64,000 nt of DNA from Patescibacteria group bacterium (GTDB taxonomy: Bacteria; Patescibacteriota; Minisyncoccia; GCA-002772825), in the NCBI GenBank assembly GCA_024654625.1, contig JANLHB010000005.1:7191-71190 (forward strand), written 5' to 3'. Positions 38,468 through 48,690 of the stretch are shown here, in pieces. The position numbers and the translations under genes are program-made. The notes beneath the pieces were generated by a model, which saw only the letters and a list, made by a program, of their open reading frames with translations, was not told the DNA's origin and did no database searches. Position 1 is the stretch's first letter; each line of letters starts with the position of its first letter.

Positions 38468-39658
38468 ATGGAAAAGAATGTTTTTTATGATTATGCAATC
38501 TGTCATTACGATGAGATAGGGCTTAAGGGCAGAAATAGGAAAGTTTTTGAAGGTAAGCTGGTGGATAATATTAAGAACGGCTTAGTATTAAGAACGCCTG
38601 GTAGTTTTGAATATGTTAAGCGGATATCAGGAAGAGTGATAATCAAACTTTCCGAAAAAGGGAAGAATGATATTAAAGAAATAGAAGAAGTTTTAGGTCG
38701 AACTTTCGGTATTGCTTATTTTACTTTTGCCTTCTCTTCGTCTCAGGATATTGGCTCTATTAAGGCAAGGGTCTTGAGCCTTATGGCCGTGAAGAAGTTT
38801 AAAACTTTTAGAATTACTTCTCAAAGATCAAAAAAAGACTTTCCGTTAACCTCTCAAGATATTAATATTGAGGTTGGCGCGCATGTCTTAGATAATATTA
38901 AAAATATAAAAGTAAAATTGGAAAATCCGGCTATTAATTGTTTTATTGAGATAGCCGATAATTTTGTATTTATTTATTTTGATAAACTAAAAGGGCTTGG
39001 CGGTTTGCCGATAGGCATATCCGGCAAAGCGCTCCTTCTTGTTTCCGGCGGGATAGACTCCCCTGTCGCCGCTTATTATCTTATGAAGAGGGGCCTTGAA
39101 GTTTGTTATATTCATTTTCATTCATTGCCTTATACATCGCAAAGTTCCCTAGATAAGGTAGAGAGTCTTGTCAGCGTGTTAGATAATTTTCAATATAAAT
39201 CTAAAATTTATTTTGTTCCATTTTCTGAAATTCAAAAAGAAGTTATGCTCAATGCGCCGGATAAATTCAGGATAATTTTTTACCGGCGTTTTATGTTTAA
39301 AATCGCAGAAGAAGTCGCAAAAAAAGAGAAAATTATAGCCTTGGGGACAGGAGAAGCTTTGGGGCAAGTCGCTTCTCAGACAGTGGAAAATCTTATTGCA
39401 ATAGAAGATGCCGTGAAAATACTCATACTTCGGCCGCTTATCGGCTTTGACAAGAAAGAGATTATAAAAAAAGCTTTAGAGATAGGCACTTATGATATTT
39501 CTATAATTCCGCACGAGGATTGCTGCTCCCTTTTTCTTCCTAAAAATCCCGAAACAAAAGCGGATTTGAATGAAATAAAAAAGGCAGAGAAAGCATTTAA
39601 CATAAGAAAGATTGTTAAAGAAGCCTTAAAAAATATTGAAATAAAAAAGAGTTTTTAA
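38468..39658 (+). CDS. thiI: tRNA 4-thiouridine synthase (THUMP plus PP-loop)
   Basis: LLLVSGGIDSPVAAYYLMKRG. Confidence 0.7.
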   Translation: MEKNVFYDYAICHYDEIGLKGRNRKVFEGKLVDNIKNGLVLRTPGSFEYVKRISGRVIIKLSEKGKNDIKEIEEVLGRTFGIAYFTFAFSSSQDIGSIKARVLSLMAVKKFKTFRITSQRSKKDFPLTSQDINIEVGAHVLDNIKNIKVKLENPAINCFIEIADNFVFIYFDKLKGLGGLPIGISGKALLLVSGGIDSPVAAYYLMKRGLEVCYIHFHSLPYTSQSSLDKVESLVSVLDNFQYKSKIYFVPFSEIQKEVMLNAPDKFRIIFYRRFMFKIAEEVAKKEKIIALGTGEALGQVASQTVENLIAIEDAVKILILRPLIGFDKKEIIKKALEIGTYDISIIPHEDCCSLFLPKNPETKADLNEIKKAEKAFNIRKIVKEALKNIEIKKSF

Positions 39659-39735
39659 TCTTCGGCAAAGAGTTTTCCAAAGATATTAAGACTTTATTGT
39701 TTCATAATTCTTTTTTATTGTTTATAATATAAGAT

Positions 39736-40929
39736 ATGATATTTGCAGATGATTATGGGTCTCTAACTCCAGACCAAGGATTGGAGCGCCTTAATGTCCA
39801 TTATGGAGATTTTAATATTTATTGTTCCGGTTTTCCAAACGCTATGAAAAATTCAGCGCGAGACAGCCTTCTCTCGGCTATCTTAATGCTTGATAAAAAT
39901 ATGCTTAAAGATCAGCTTTCTTTATGCGCCGAAAAACAGGGCTTAAAACAAAATCCTTTGTCCGGTGAAGAACCAGGTAAAATATTTAATGAATTTCCGG
40001 CCTCCGCATCAAGAGGTCTTTCAAATGAGTATAATGCCTGCGACACAACCGCTTTATTTCTTATCGGGCACGAAGTGTATCAAAAACTGTCTGGTGATAT
40101 CCTCTTTGCAGACAGGTATAAAGATAATATTATTAAAGCCGTTGGATTTATAAGAAATCATTTAAAGGGATATTCTTTTATTGAGGACCCGTCTCTCTGC
40201 GGCGGAAAACATTTTTCGCTTAAGGTAACATATTGGAAGGATACGGGTATGCCGGAAAGAGAAAATGGCGAGCCTGTTTACCCTGTTTCGTATTCATTGC
40301 CGCATATACAAAATATGCGAGCGCTGAAGAGCGCGTCATTTTTGCTTAAAGACGATTCTTTTGGTCAGATAATAGAATGTATGAAAGATTATCTTTTAAA
40401 TTATCTATTCAGCAGAAATACAGGCCAACTGTGTCTTGCTATTGATAGAAATGGCCCTATTAAGACTGTCAGTTCGGATATTCTTCATTCGTTATTTTTT
40501 CTTGATGAGGGGGATATTACTCCGGAACATATTGAGAGTATCATCAATTCTTCTTTTGCGCTTGAGACTGATTTTGGTTATCGTTCCTTTCCTGAAGATT
40601 GCGTAAAGCATACACATAAGGGTTCTCTGCATTATTTAAGGTCTATCCTTCCGGTTGAGCAAGCACTGGTAAATATAGGCGCTAAGAAACATAGGATGTG
40701 GATAGAAAAGGCCGGCTTTACCCGTTTATCCAAAGGATTAAAAAAGATTGAGGATGTGAGTTCTATTATAAATGGGAAACTTACAAGTGTCCCTGAGGGT
40801 TTTATACTGGAAGATGATAAGATTAAAAAAACAGGGTGTGACCCGTATTTGCTTACAATCGCAACTAAAAAATATTTTGATTTCAAGTTGGGCGATAAGT
40901 TGAGATTGATTGATATTTTGTCCGGTTAA
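39736..40929 (+). CDS. amylo-alpha-1,6-glucosidase / glycogen-debranching-enzyme C-terminal-domain-like protein (tentative)
   Basis: GEEPGKIFNEF resembles the GDE_C E-P-G-K-I-x-H-E motif. Confidence 0.35.
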   Translation: MIFADDYGSLTPDQGLERLNVHYGDFNIYCSGFPNAMKNSARDSLLSAILMLDKNMLKDQLSLCAEKQGLKQNPLSGEEPGKIFNEFPASASRGLSNEYNACDTTALFLIGHEVYQKLSGDILFADRYKDNIIKAVGFIRNHLKGYSFIEDPSLCGGKHFSLKVTYWKDTGMPERENGEPVYPVSYSLPHIQNMRALKSASFLLKDDSFGQIIECMKDYLLNYLFSRNTGQLCLAIDRNGPIKTVSSDILHSLFFLDEGDITPEHIESIINSSFALETDFGYRSFPEDCVKHTHKGSLHYLRSILPVEQALVNIGAKKHRMWIEKAGFTRLSKGLKKIEDVSSIINGKLTSVPEGFILEDDKIKKTGCDPYLLTIATKKYFDFKLGDKLRLIDILSG

Positions 40930-41119
40930 TATCAGCGTCAGCGAGATATATTTATGAATTTATCCCTTCTTCTTGACTTTCTGCCCGGTAGATATAAAAT
41001 TATTTCTAAATAAGTCGAGGTGTCTTAATGGGCTTAGCATTAAATGAATTTAAGGCATACCCAAGTAAGTAAGGCGGCTTAAGATTAAAAGGTCGTTTTA
41101 TTTAAATTAAGAAAATAGT

Positions 41120-41419
41120 ATGGCATTTAAAAAATTTGACAATACTCCAAAAAAAATGTTTCAAGGCAATTGGAAGTGCGGAAAGTGCGGAAAAGATATT
41201 AACGAGCTTCCGTTTAATCCTGACCCTTCAAGATTAAGCCAGCTTACATGCAGAGACTGTCATAGCACAGGAGGAAAAAAAGATTTTTCACCGCGAAAAA
41301 TGGTTGAAGGCAATTGGACTTGCAGCGGTTGCGGAGGAAATATCACCGCTCTTCCCTTTGAACCTAGAGAAGGCACCCCTGTCTCGTGCAGAGATTGCTG
41401 GTCTAAGAATAGAGGTTAA
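41120..41419 (+). CDS. tandem zinc-ribbon protein (internal duplication)
   Basis: NWKCGKCGKDINELPFNPD...CRDCH is repeated as NWTCSGCGGNITALPFEP...CRDCW. Confidence 0.35.
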   Translation: MAFKKFDNTPKKMFQGNWKCGKCGKDINELPFNPDPSRLSQLTCRDCHSTGGKKDFSPRKMVEGNWTCSGCGGNITALPFEPREGTPVSCRDCWSKNRG

Positions 41420-41437
41420 GATAAATTTTGTTTATTA

Positions 41438-41470
41438 AAACACCCCGCCTCATGGCGGGGTGTTTTAATA
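41438..41470. terminator. bidirectional terminator between convergent genes
   Basis: aaaacaccccgcctcatggcggggtgtttt. Confidence 0.65.
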
Positions 41471-41517
41471 TTTACTGAATCGAAATTATAGTCTATTAGA
41501 GTATTTGTCTTACTACC

Positions 41518-42093
41518 CTATTCTGTTATTTTTTCTTTAATCACGCCATTAACAGAGATAGAAACATTGTCTACTGTTAAGAATTGTTTTAATGTTTCCG
41601 TTATCTCCGCGAGACTTGAAGCTTCTTTGCATTTATCCCCTGTCTCTTCTCCTGTTAAGGTGTTAACATCTATTGTCGCAATTCCTTCGTTTATGGTTAA
41701 TTTTTGGATTTTTATGTCTGAAGAAATGACGGTACTGAAGCCTAATTCTTTCTCTTCTATTGTCGGACCACGGAAAAGCTCTTCAAGCGAAGCTCTTGCC
41801 GGAGCGATTGTCTCAACGACAGAGCGATTTACAGGAAAAACTTCTTGGCAATTATTTGTGCCGCCTGCTGTCATAGTTGTATTCGGAAAATATATTTTAA
41901 GCGTCATCATCTTTTTTGGAGCGCTTGATAATAGGCTGGCTGTCATATCTGAACTTTCAATTTCTTCTGCTGTATAATCGTCATTTATTACTTCAAGCGC
42001 AAGGTCTTTATCTCTTGATTGAAACAAAAACAAACCGCCGACTATCAGTATTATGATAACAACATATATATAATTTTTATTTATCTTTTGCAT
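41518..42093 (-). CDS. GerMN-domain lipoprotein-like protein
   Basis: N-terminal TM helix. GerMN-like segment (ASLEELFRGPT...GIATIDVN). Weak. Confidence 0.35.
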   Translation of the reverse strand: MQKINKNYIYVVIIILIVGGLFLFQSRDKDLALEVINDDYTAEEIESSDMTASLLSSAPKKMMTLKIYFPNTTMTAGGTNNCQEVFPVNRSVVETIAPARASLEELFRGPTIEEKELGFSTVISSDIKIQKLTINEGIATIDVNTLTGEETGDKCKEASSLAEITETLKQFLTVDNVSISVNGVIKEKITE

Positions 42094-42173
42094 AGACTAT
42101 TTGAAATTTAATTTATAATACTTATACTATAATAGATACAGGTGTAAATTAAAAGTATAAATGTTAATTTATT

Positions 42174-42797
42174 ATGAATAATGTAAAAGTAGTATTAATA
42201 GCAATAGTTATCATCGTTTTAGGTATCTTGGCTTGGGTGTATTCTCCCAAGAAGGATCAAAGTGATAATATAAATATAGAAATAGAAAAAATGAGCAATC
42301 CAACAGTAACACTAAAGACAACTAAAGGAGACATAGAGATAGAGCTTTTTATAGATAAGATGCCGGTAACAGCAGGTAATTTTCTGAAACTTTCTAAAGA
42401 AGGTTTTTATAATGAGACAAAATTCCATAGAGTTATAGATGGCTTTATGATACAAGGCGGAGATCCAAATTCTCGCTTGGAAGAGACATCTGCCTATGGC
42501 ACTGGCGGACCCGGTTATGCTATAGAAGATGAGTTTGTCCAAGGTCTTTCAAATGTTAGAGGCACTATATCAATGGCAAACAGCGGACCGAACTCAGGAG
42601 GCAGTCAATTCTTTATAAATCTTGTTGATAATACCTTTTTAGATTTTGATAAAGAGCCTCTTCAAAGCAAACATTCTGTCTTTGGAAGAGTTGTAAATGG
42701 TATGGAGCTGGTTGACACTATAGCTAAAGTAGAAACAGGATCAAGAGATATTCCTGTTGAACCTGTTATTATAAAAGAGGTTATTGTTAAAGAATAA
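42174..42797 (+). CDS. ppiB: cyclophilin-type peptidyl-prolyl cis-trans isomerase
   Basis: FHRVIDGFMIQGGDP and GTISMANSGPNSGGSQFFI. Confidence 0.8.
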   Translation: MNNVKVVLIAIVIIVLGILAWVYSPKKDQSDNINIEIEKMSNPTVTLKTTKGDIEIELFIDKMPVTAGNFLKLSKEGFYNETKFHRVIDGFMIQGGDPNSRLEETSAYGTGGPGYAIEDEFVQGLSNVRGTISMANSGPNSGGSQFFINLVDNTFLDFDKEPLQSKHSVFGRVVNGMELVDTIAKVETGSRDIPVEPVIIKEVIVKE

Positions 42798-43212
42798 AGA
42801 CTGTAAAAAAATAAAAGCACCCGATATTTTGGGTGCTTTTTGCGTGTCAGACTGCAGATTTAAAATCCCGCGCGCCTTGCTCTCTCTTCCGTATCGAGAG
42901 GGTGATTTTCCTCGAAATGGAGCTCTAGTTCCTTTGTGTCGCCTTTGTCATAGACAAAGGCGCAAAAGTTATTAGGACATCTCCTTTTCGTTGTTTTTAA
43001 TGAACTGCTATCTATTGCGCTTGAAGCTTTTCTTATTTCAGGTGATCCTTTCGCCCATTTTTCAGTTTCTTTTTTCCTGAGTGCTATTTTTCTCAATAAA
43101 GTCTTAAGCATTAAACCCCCTTTTTGGCGCAATATTTTATTAATATAACATAATTTATATTTCAGATTATGTCAAATTTCTATAATTTTCTAAATTCGTA
43201 TATAATTTAACT

Positions 43213-44040
43213 ATGGAAATTATAAAAGCATCCGGGGAGAAAGAACTTTTTAATAAGAGTAAATTTTGCCTTTCTCTAAAAAAAGCCGGCGCACCTGGCA
43301 ATATAGTGGATGAAGTTTGTTCTAAAATTAACGAAGAACTAAAACCCGGCATGACTACCACTCAAATCTTTAGAAAGGCTTCACAATATCTTATGAAGGA
43401 CGATTTTGTCGTTGCGGCAAATTATAGCCTTAAAAGAGGAATTGCGGCTCTTGGTCCGGCTGGGTTTAACTTTGAGAAATTTCTCGCTGTCGTTATCGGT
43501 TCTTTAGGCTACAAAGTGAAATTAAATCAAATGATGAAAGGCCGTTGCGTAACTCACGAAGTGGATCTTACAGCTGAGAGAGGCAACGAGCACTTCCTCA
43601 TTGAGGCTAAATATCATAATGGCTCTGGCATCAAGACTCATATAGATGTAGCAATGTATGCTGACGCGCGCCTTGCCGATATCGCTTTTATAGAAGAACA
43701 GAAAGAATCCGCTCACAATAATCACAAAATGTGGCTTATAACAAATACCGAGTTTACAAAGACGGCTTTAAGGTACGGCCGTTGTCGTAATCTTAAGCTC
43801 ACAAGCTGGAGGGGGCCCGCTAAAGAAGGACTCAAAGATATTATAATCAAAAACAAACTTTATCCTATCACTGTGCTACCCTCTGTTAACAAATTCGCCC
43901 AAGAGGAGTTTGTCAAACACAATATGATGCTTGCTCGCGATCTTGCTCCTTATTCTGCCGATGACCTTGTCAGGATATTTAATTTTGACAGGCAAAGAGC
44001 AGATAAAATAATAAAAGAAGTTCAAGTGTTGATATATTAA
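43213..44040 (+). CDS. ATP-cone domain fused to a restriction-endonuclease-like (Mrr-cat / PD-(D/E)XK) domain
   Basis: The N-terminus MEIIKASGEKELFNKSKFCLSLKKAG resembles an ATP cone. HEVDLTAER...FLIEAKYH fits D...E-x-K. Confidence 0.45.
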   Translation: MEIIKASGEKELFNKSKFCLSLKKAGAPGNIVDEVCSKINEELKPGMTTTQIFRKASQYLMKDDFVVAANYSLKRGIAALGPAGFNFEKFLAVVIGSLGYKVKLNQMMKGRCVTHEVDLTAERGNEHFLIEAKYHNGSGIKTHIDVAMYADARLADIAFIEEQKESAHNNHKMWLITNTEFTKTALRYGRCRNLKLTSWRGPAKEGLKDIIIKNKLYPITVLPSVNKFAQEEFVKHNMMLARDLAPYSADDLVRIFNFDRQRADKIIKEVQVLIY

Positions 44041-44055
44041 CCAAAGTTTTATATT

Positions 44056-45243
44056 ATGAATGATATTGAAAAATCGATAAAAGATTTAATGCTCAAAAAC
44101 AAGAGGACGCTAAACAGCTATCAATATACTGTCCCTTCTCCCGATACATACCCTTATCAGTGGCTATGGGACTCATGTTTTCATGCTATAATCTTAAGTC
44201 ACTTCGACGTAGAGGACGCGAAAAAAGAAATTTTTTCCATAATCTCAAAGCAGTTCAACAACGGAATGGTCCCTCATATGATCTACTGGGAGAAGAAAGA
44301 TGTGATAAATTTTGACTGGGGTAAAGATGGGACAAGCAGTATCACTCAACCACCGATGCTTGCTTATGCCGTTTGGCAGATATTTCAGAAAGATAACGAT
44401 ATCGAATTTTTGAAAAGTATTTATATACCGTTATTTCATTTTTACAAATATCTTATAAACGACCGTGACCCGCACGAAAATGATCTGATCGGCATCATAG
44501 ACCCCGATGAATCCGGAGAAGATAATTCCCCGAGGTTTGACACTCTATTGAATTTACCGCCTGTGCAGACAAGAGAGAAAAGTTTAGAAAAGAGGCTCCT
44601 CTTAGTAAAGGAAAACAAAGAATGTAATTTTGATGCGCCGTTTTGTATGAAGAATTTCTTCTGGGTTAAAGACGTGCCGTTTAATGTGATTATGGTGGAG
44701 AATCTGCGAGCGCTTTCTTTTATCGCTGAGAAGCTTGGCAACAGTCATGATGTCGCTTATTTTAATAAAAAAAGAGATATGATAGTAAAAGCTATGAGAA
44801 GTCTTATGTATGAAGATGGTATATTTTGGTCAACATATGGAGAAGATTATCAGAAAATAAAACTGAAAACATGGGCAATATTCTCGCCTCTTTTTGCTAA
44901 GATATTGACGCAAGAAGAAGCGAAAAAACTCGTAGAAGAACATCTTCTAAATAAAGAAGAATTTTGGGGTAAATATCCCGTCTCTACGGTAGCGATGGAC
45001 GAACCGTCTTTTGACCCTGAAGGATTCTGGCGCGGTCCGACATGGATTGCCACTAACTGGATTATCCATAAAGGCTTATTGAACTATGGATTTAGCAAAG
45101 AAGCTAATGATATAAAAAACAGCTCACTTGAGCTTATAAAGAATTCAGGACTTAGGGAATATTTTAACCCTCTAACAGGAGAAGGGCTTGGCGCAAGAGA
45201 CTTTACTTGGGGTGGGTTGGTTCTTGATATGAACGGAAATTAG
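44056..45243 (+). CDS. six-hairpin glycoside hydrolase-like protein (GH63 / mannosylglycerate-hydrolase-like)
   Basis: YPYQWLWDSCFHAII. Overall alpha/alpha-toroid-type composition. Weak. Confidence 0.4.
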   Translation: MNDIEKSIKDLMLKNKRTLNSYQYTVPSPDTYPYQWLWDSCFHAIILSHFDVEDAKKEIFSIISKQFNNGMVPHMIYWEKKDVINFDWGKDGTSSITQPPMLAYAVWQIFQKDNDIEFLKSIYIPLFHFYKYLINDRDPHENDLIGIIDPDESGEDNSPRFDTLLNLPPVQTREKSLEKRLLLVKENKECNFDAPFCMKNFFWVKDVPFNVIMVENLRALSFIAEKLGNSHDVAYFNKKRDMIVKAMRSLMYEDGIFWSTYGEDYQKIKLKTWAIFSPLFAKILTQEEAKKLVEEHLLNKEEFWGKYPVSTVAMDEPSFDPEGFWRGPTWIATNWIIHKGLLNYGFSKEANDIKNSSLELIKNSGLREYFNPLTGEGLGARDFTWGGLVLDMNGN

Positions 45244-45279
45244 AGTATTAAAAAAGCCGTATGTATAGATAACATGATG

Positions 45280-46263
45280 TCATCTATACATACGGCTTGT
45301 ACTCTCAAGATTTTTTAACCTTTTTTGCAGCTTTTTAATGGCTACTTTCTCTATCTGACGCACTCTCTCGCGAGTTACGCCAAGCATTTTCCCTATTTCT
45401 TCCAGTGATTTTTCACTACCATCTTCAAGTAGACCGAAACGAAGGCTCACTACCTGAAACTCTTTATCTTTCAGGGTGTCTTTCATTATCTCACTGAGGT
45501 GTCTTTTCAATTGAATCTTTTCAAACAACTGATCAGGCCCCAAGTTGATCTCGTCTTTTATAAGATCAAGCAAGACCATATCTTCTAGCCCAGCCATAGG
45601 AGCTTCAAGCTGATAGAACCTTCTATTGTTCAACAACTCCAATTGCCCTACCCTCTTAGATCTAATCTTTTCCCCAACCTTAGAATCTAACTTTATTTCT
45701 CTAAGTATCTCTTCTTTATTTGGATCTCTTCTTAATCTCAAAGACAACTTCCTGTGGGTCTTTCTAAAGTTATTTAAGTCTATACTAAGATATACAGGAA
45801 GACGTATATCGTCATCATTATCAGCTACCGCCCTCTCCAGAGCTTGCTTTATCCAATGTGTTGCATAAGTAGATATTCTACATTTTCTCTCTGGGTCAAA
45901 CCTTTTAACTGCCCCCATAAGCCCTATATTCCCCTCTTGGATTAAGTCAAGAAACTTTAAATGAGGAGACCTGCCTATGAATCTCTTAGCTATACTTACG
46001 ACAAGCTTTAAGTTTGATCTCGTCATCTTGTCAAAAGCTTCTCTTCCGTCTTGAATCACCGGCTGTAACTTATTTTCCTCAATGAAGGATTTGATCTCTT
46101 CGTCGCTTAATCCTTTTTTTCTTTTTTTCTCAATCTTTTTTTCAAGAGCTCTCCATTTGCTTATCTCTGCTGAAAGCTTTTTCTCTTCTTTTTTACTGAG
46201 TAGAGGATATTTATTTATGTAGGAAAAATAAATACTGACAGCGTTATTGTCCTTGAAAAGCAT
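45280..46263 (-). CDS. RNA polymerase sigma factor, sigma-70 family (short RpoD/group-2-like)
   Basis: DLIQEGNIGLMGAVKRFD (region 2.2-2.4) and LEEIGKMLGVTRERVRQIEKVAIKKL (region 4). Confidence 0.75.
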   Translation of the reverse strand: MLFKDNNAVSIYFSYINKYPLLSKKEEKKLSAEISKWRALEKKIEKKRKKGLSDEEIKSFIEENKLQPVIQDGREAFDKMTRSNLKLVVSIAKRFIGRSPHLKFLDLIQEGNIGLMGAVKRFDPERKCRISTYATHWIKQALERAVADNDDDIRLPVYLSIDLNNFRKTHRKLSLRLRRDPNKEEILREIKLDSKVGEKIRSKRVGQLELLNNRRFYQLEAPMAGLEDMVLLDLIKDEINLGPDQLFEKIQLKRHLSEIMKDTLKDKEFQVVSLRFGLLEDGSEKSLEEIGKMLGVTRERVRQIEKVAIKKLQKRLKNLESTSRMYR

Positions 46264-46400
46264 AACCCCCCCCTTTATTTTAAGAATTATTTTGAATTTA
46301 TTTTAAAGAAGCTATTCCGCTTTTTATAATGCCTTATTTAGTATTGTTTTTCAATAGCGTTGAAAAAGCCAATTGAAAGCTCGGTCCCAAAATGGCTTTT

Positions 46401-48185
46401 TTATTTCCTATTTGATTTATTTCTGTCAGATTCTTTAAGATTTTTTTTCCTCAAGCGGACACTTTGAGGCGTAATCTCCAGATATTCGTCTTTTGCCATA
46501 ATTTCAAGACCGTTTTCTATTGTAAGCAGTTGCGGAGGTATAAGCTTCACCGCGTCATCAGAACCGGAAGCTCTCATATTGGTGAGCTGTTTGCCTTTAG
46601 TAGGATTAACTGTCATTTGTTCCCCCTTTGAAGTGTTCCCTATTACCATTCCTTCATACACCTCTGTATTTTCTTTAATATATAAGACGCCCCTAGTCTG
46701 AAGATTATCAAGAGAATAGGCCAATGTCTTTCCGGATACTTGCGATATCATTGAACCGGCTTCGTGTCTTTCTATCTCTCCGGCGTATGGTTTATATCCG
46801 ATAGTTCGGCTTGCCATTATGCCTTCTCCTTTTGTGTCTATCACAAATTTGTTGCGATAGCCGAAGAGCCCTCTGCTTGGTCCTTCAAATGAAAGAAAAG
46901 CTCTGTTTTCGTGAAGTTCCATATTTTTAAGAATAGCTCCCCTCTTGCTTAATTTTTCAATGATTGAGCCTTGGCAATCGTTTGGGACATCAATGACTAT
47001 CTCTTCAAACGGTTCGTGTAATTTACCGTCTATCTCTTTTGTAATAACTTGCGGTTGAGATACCTGCACTTCATATCCTTCACGACGCATATTTTCAAGG
47101 AGGATAGCGATATGAAGTTCCCCTCTTCCGTAGACGGTAAACTGATCTCCGCTTGCAGAATCAAAATCCACCTTAAGTCCTACGTTTACCTCCAACTCTT
47201 TCTCAAGTCGCTCTCTTATCTGACGGCTTGTCACGAATTTCCCTTCTCGTCCGGCAAAAGGAGAATTATTAACAAGAAATGTAAGTTCAATAGTCGGCTC
47301 ATCGACGGCAATTGTTTCAAGTATCGGCGATTCAGGTGAGCCGGCTATTGTGTCGCCTATATATACATCCGGTATTCCGGCTATCATCCCGATATCGCCC
47401 GCTTTTAGTGTATCTACGTCAGTCCTTGTCACACCTTCAAAGGCGAATAGTTTAGTTATTTTATATTTTTTTATATCATCCCCTTTTTTTGTATAAACTG
47501 TATCTCCGGCATTAATTTTACCGCTATAAATTCTCACAACGGCAACTCTGCCTAAGAAGTTGTCATAAGCAAGATTAAACGGTTGAGCAAGAAATGACGC
47601 ATTAATATCCCCTGTTGAAGCGGGTACTTTCTCTAGAACCATATCTAAGAGCGGTGTTAAGTCTTTTGATTCATCGGCCAATTCTCTTTTAGCTACCCCC
47701 TCTCGCCCGATGGCATAAATAACCGGAAAGTCCAATTGTTCGTCTGTTGCTCCAAGTTCGGCAAATAGGTCAAATACCTGATCGTGAGCGCGAGCCGGAT
47801 TTGCGGCCGGTTTATCTATTTTATTTATGACGAGTATCGGCTTAAGTCCCAACGCAAGAGATTTTTTAAGCACGAATCGTGTCTGAGGCATCGGCCCCTC
47901 TTGAGCATCAACAATAAGAAGCACTGAATCAATGGAACGAAGAACACGCTCCACTTCTGATCCGAAGTCGGCATGACCTGGCGTATCAACGATGTTTATT
48001 TTGGTGCCTTTGTATATGACGGCAGCATTCTTAGAGTAAATAGTAATACCGCGCTCTTTTTCAAGAGTATTGCTGTCCATACTTACTCCGGTATCAACCG
48101 CGCCAGTTTGACTTAAGATCGCGTCCGTAAGCGTTGTTTTGCCGTGGTCGACATGGGCTATGATTGCTATATTTCTGATTTCCAT
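46401..48185 (-). CDS. typA: translational GTPase TypA/BipA
   Basis: RNIAIIAHVDHGKTTL. The length of 594 aa and the domain order are typical of BipA. Confidence 0.85.
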   Translation of the reverse strand: MEIRNIAIIAHVDHGKTTLTDAILSQTGAVDTGVSMDSNTLEKERGITIYSKNAAVIYKGTKINIVDTPGHADFGSEVERVLRSIDSVLLIVDAQEGPMPQTRFVLKKSLALGLKPILVINKIDKPAANPARAHDQVFDLFAELGATDEQLDFPVIYAIGREGVAKRELADESKDLTPLLDMVLEKVPASTGDINASFLAQPFNLAYDNFLGRVAVVRIYSGKINAGDTVYTKKGDDIKKYKITKLFAFEGVTRTDVDTLKAGDIGMIAGIPDVYIGDTIAGSPESPILETIAVDEPTIELTFLVNNSPFAGREGKFVTSRQIRERLEKELEVNVGLKVDFDSASGDQFTVYGRGELHIAILLENMRREGYEVQVSQPQVITKEIDGKLHEPFEEIVIDVPNDCQGSIIEKLSKRGAILKNMELHENRAFLSFEGPSRGLFGYRNKFVIDTKGEGIMASRTIGYKPYAGEIERHEAGSMISQVSGKTLAYSLDNLQTRGVLYIKENTEVYEGMVIGNTSKGEQMTVNPTKGKQLTNMRASGSDDAVKLIPPQLLTIENGLEIMAKDEYLEITPQSVRLRKKNLKESDRNKSNRK

Positions 48186-48348
48186 TTTTTAAAAATTATT
48201 ATTTAAATTAATTATTTGATATAAAATATAAAAGCGATTAATTTTTCCTGTTAAGTTAAAGGAATATATTAACATCAATTTCATAAAAAGTATATTGATT
48301 TAACAAAAACATCCCGCTATTTGCGGGATGTTTTTGTTAAAAGCGTTA

Positions 48349-48549
48349 TTACGCCTTATTGACATTAACAGCATTGACTCCCTTAGGGCCCTCTGCTGTG
48401 TCAAATGTTACTTTGTCGCCTTCACGAAGTTCGTCGAAGCTGGCATTTTTTAACTCATTAGCATGGAAGAAAATATCTTTCTCCTCACCCTCTTGAGCTA
48501 TAAAGCCGAATCCACGTTCTGTGAGACGAGCTATAGTTCCTTGATTCAT
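48349..48549 (-). CDS. cspA: cold-shock protein
   Basis: GTIARLTERGFGFI; 66 aa. Confidence 0.85.
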   Translation of the reverse strand: MNQGTIARLTERGFGFIAQEGEEKDIFFHANELKNASFDELREGDKVTFDTAEGPKGVNAVNVNKA

Positions 48550-48690
48550 CTATAAGAAAAACTAGTGCGAATAAATTTCAAACCTAAAATACTGTACGAT
48601 AAAAACCCGACTTCGTTTCTCTTACAGACCTGATTTGATATATCTATTGAAGCATAATCCGATTAAAAAGTCAAGCGGTTTAGTCCTGAA

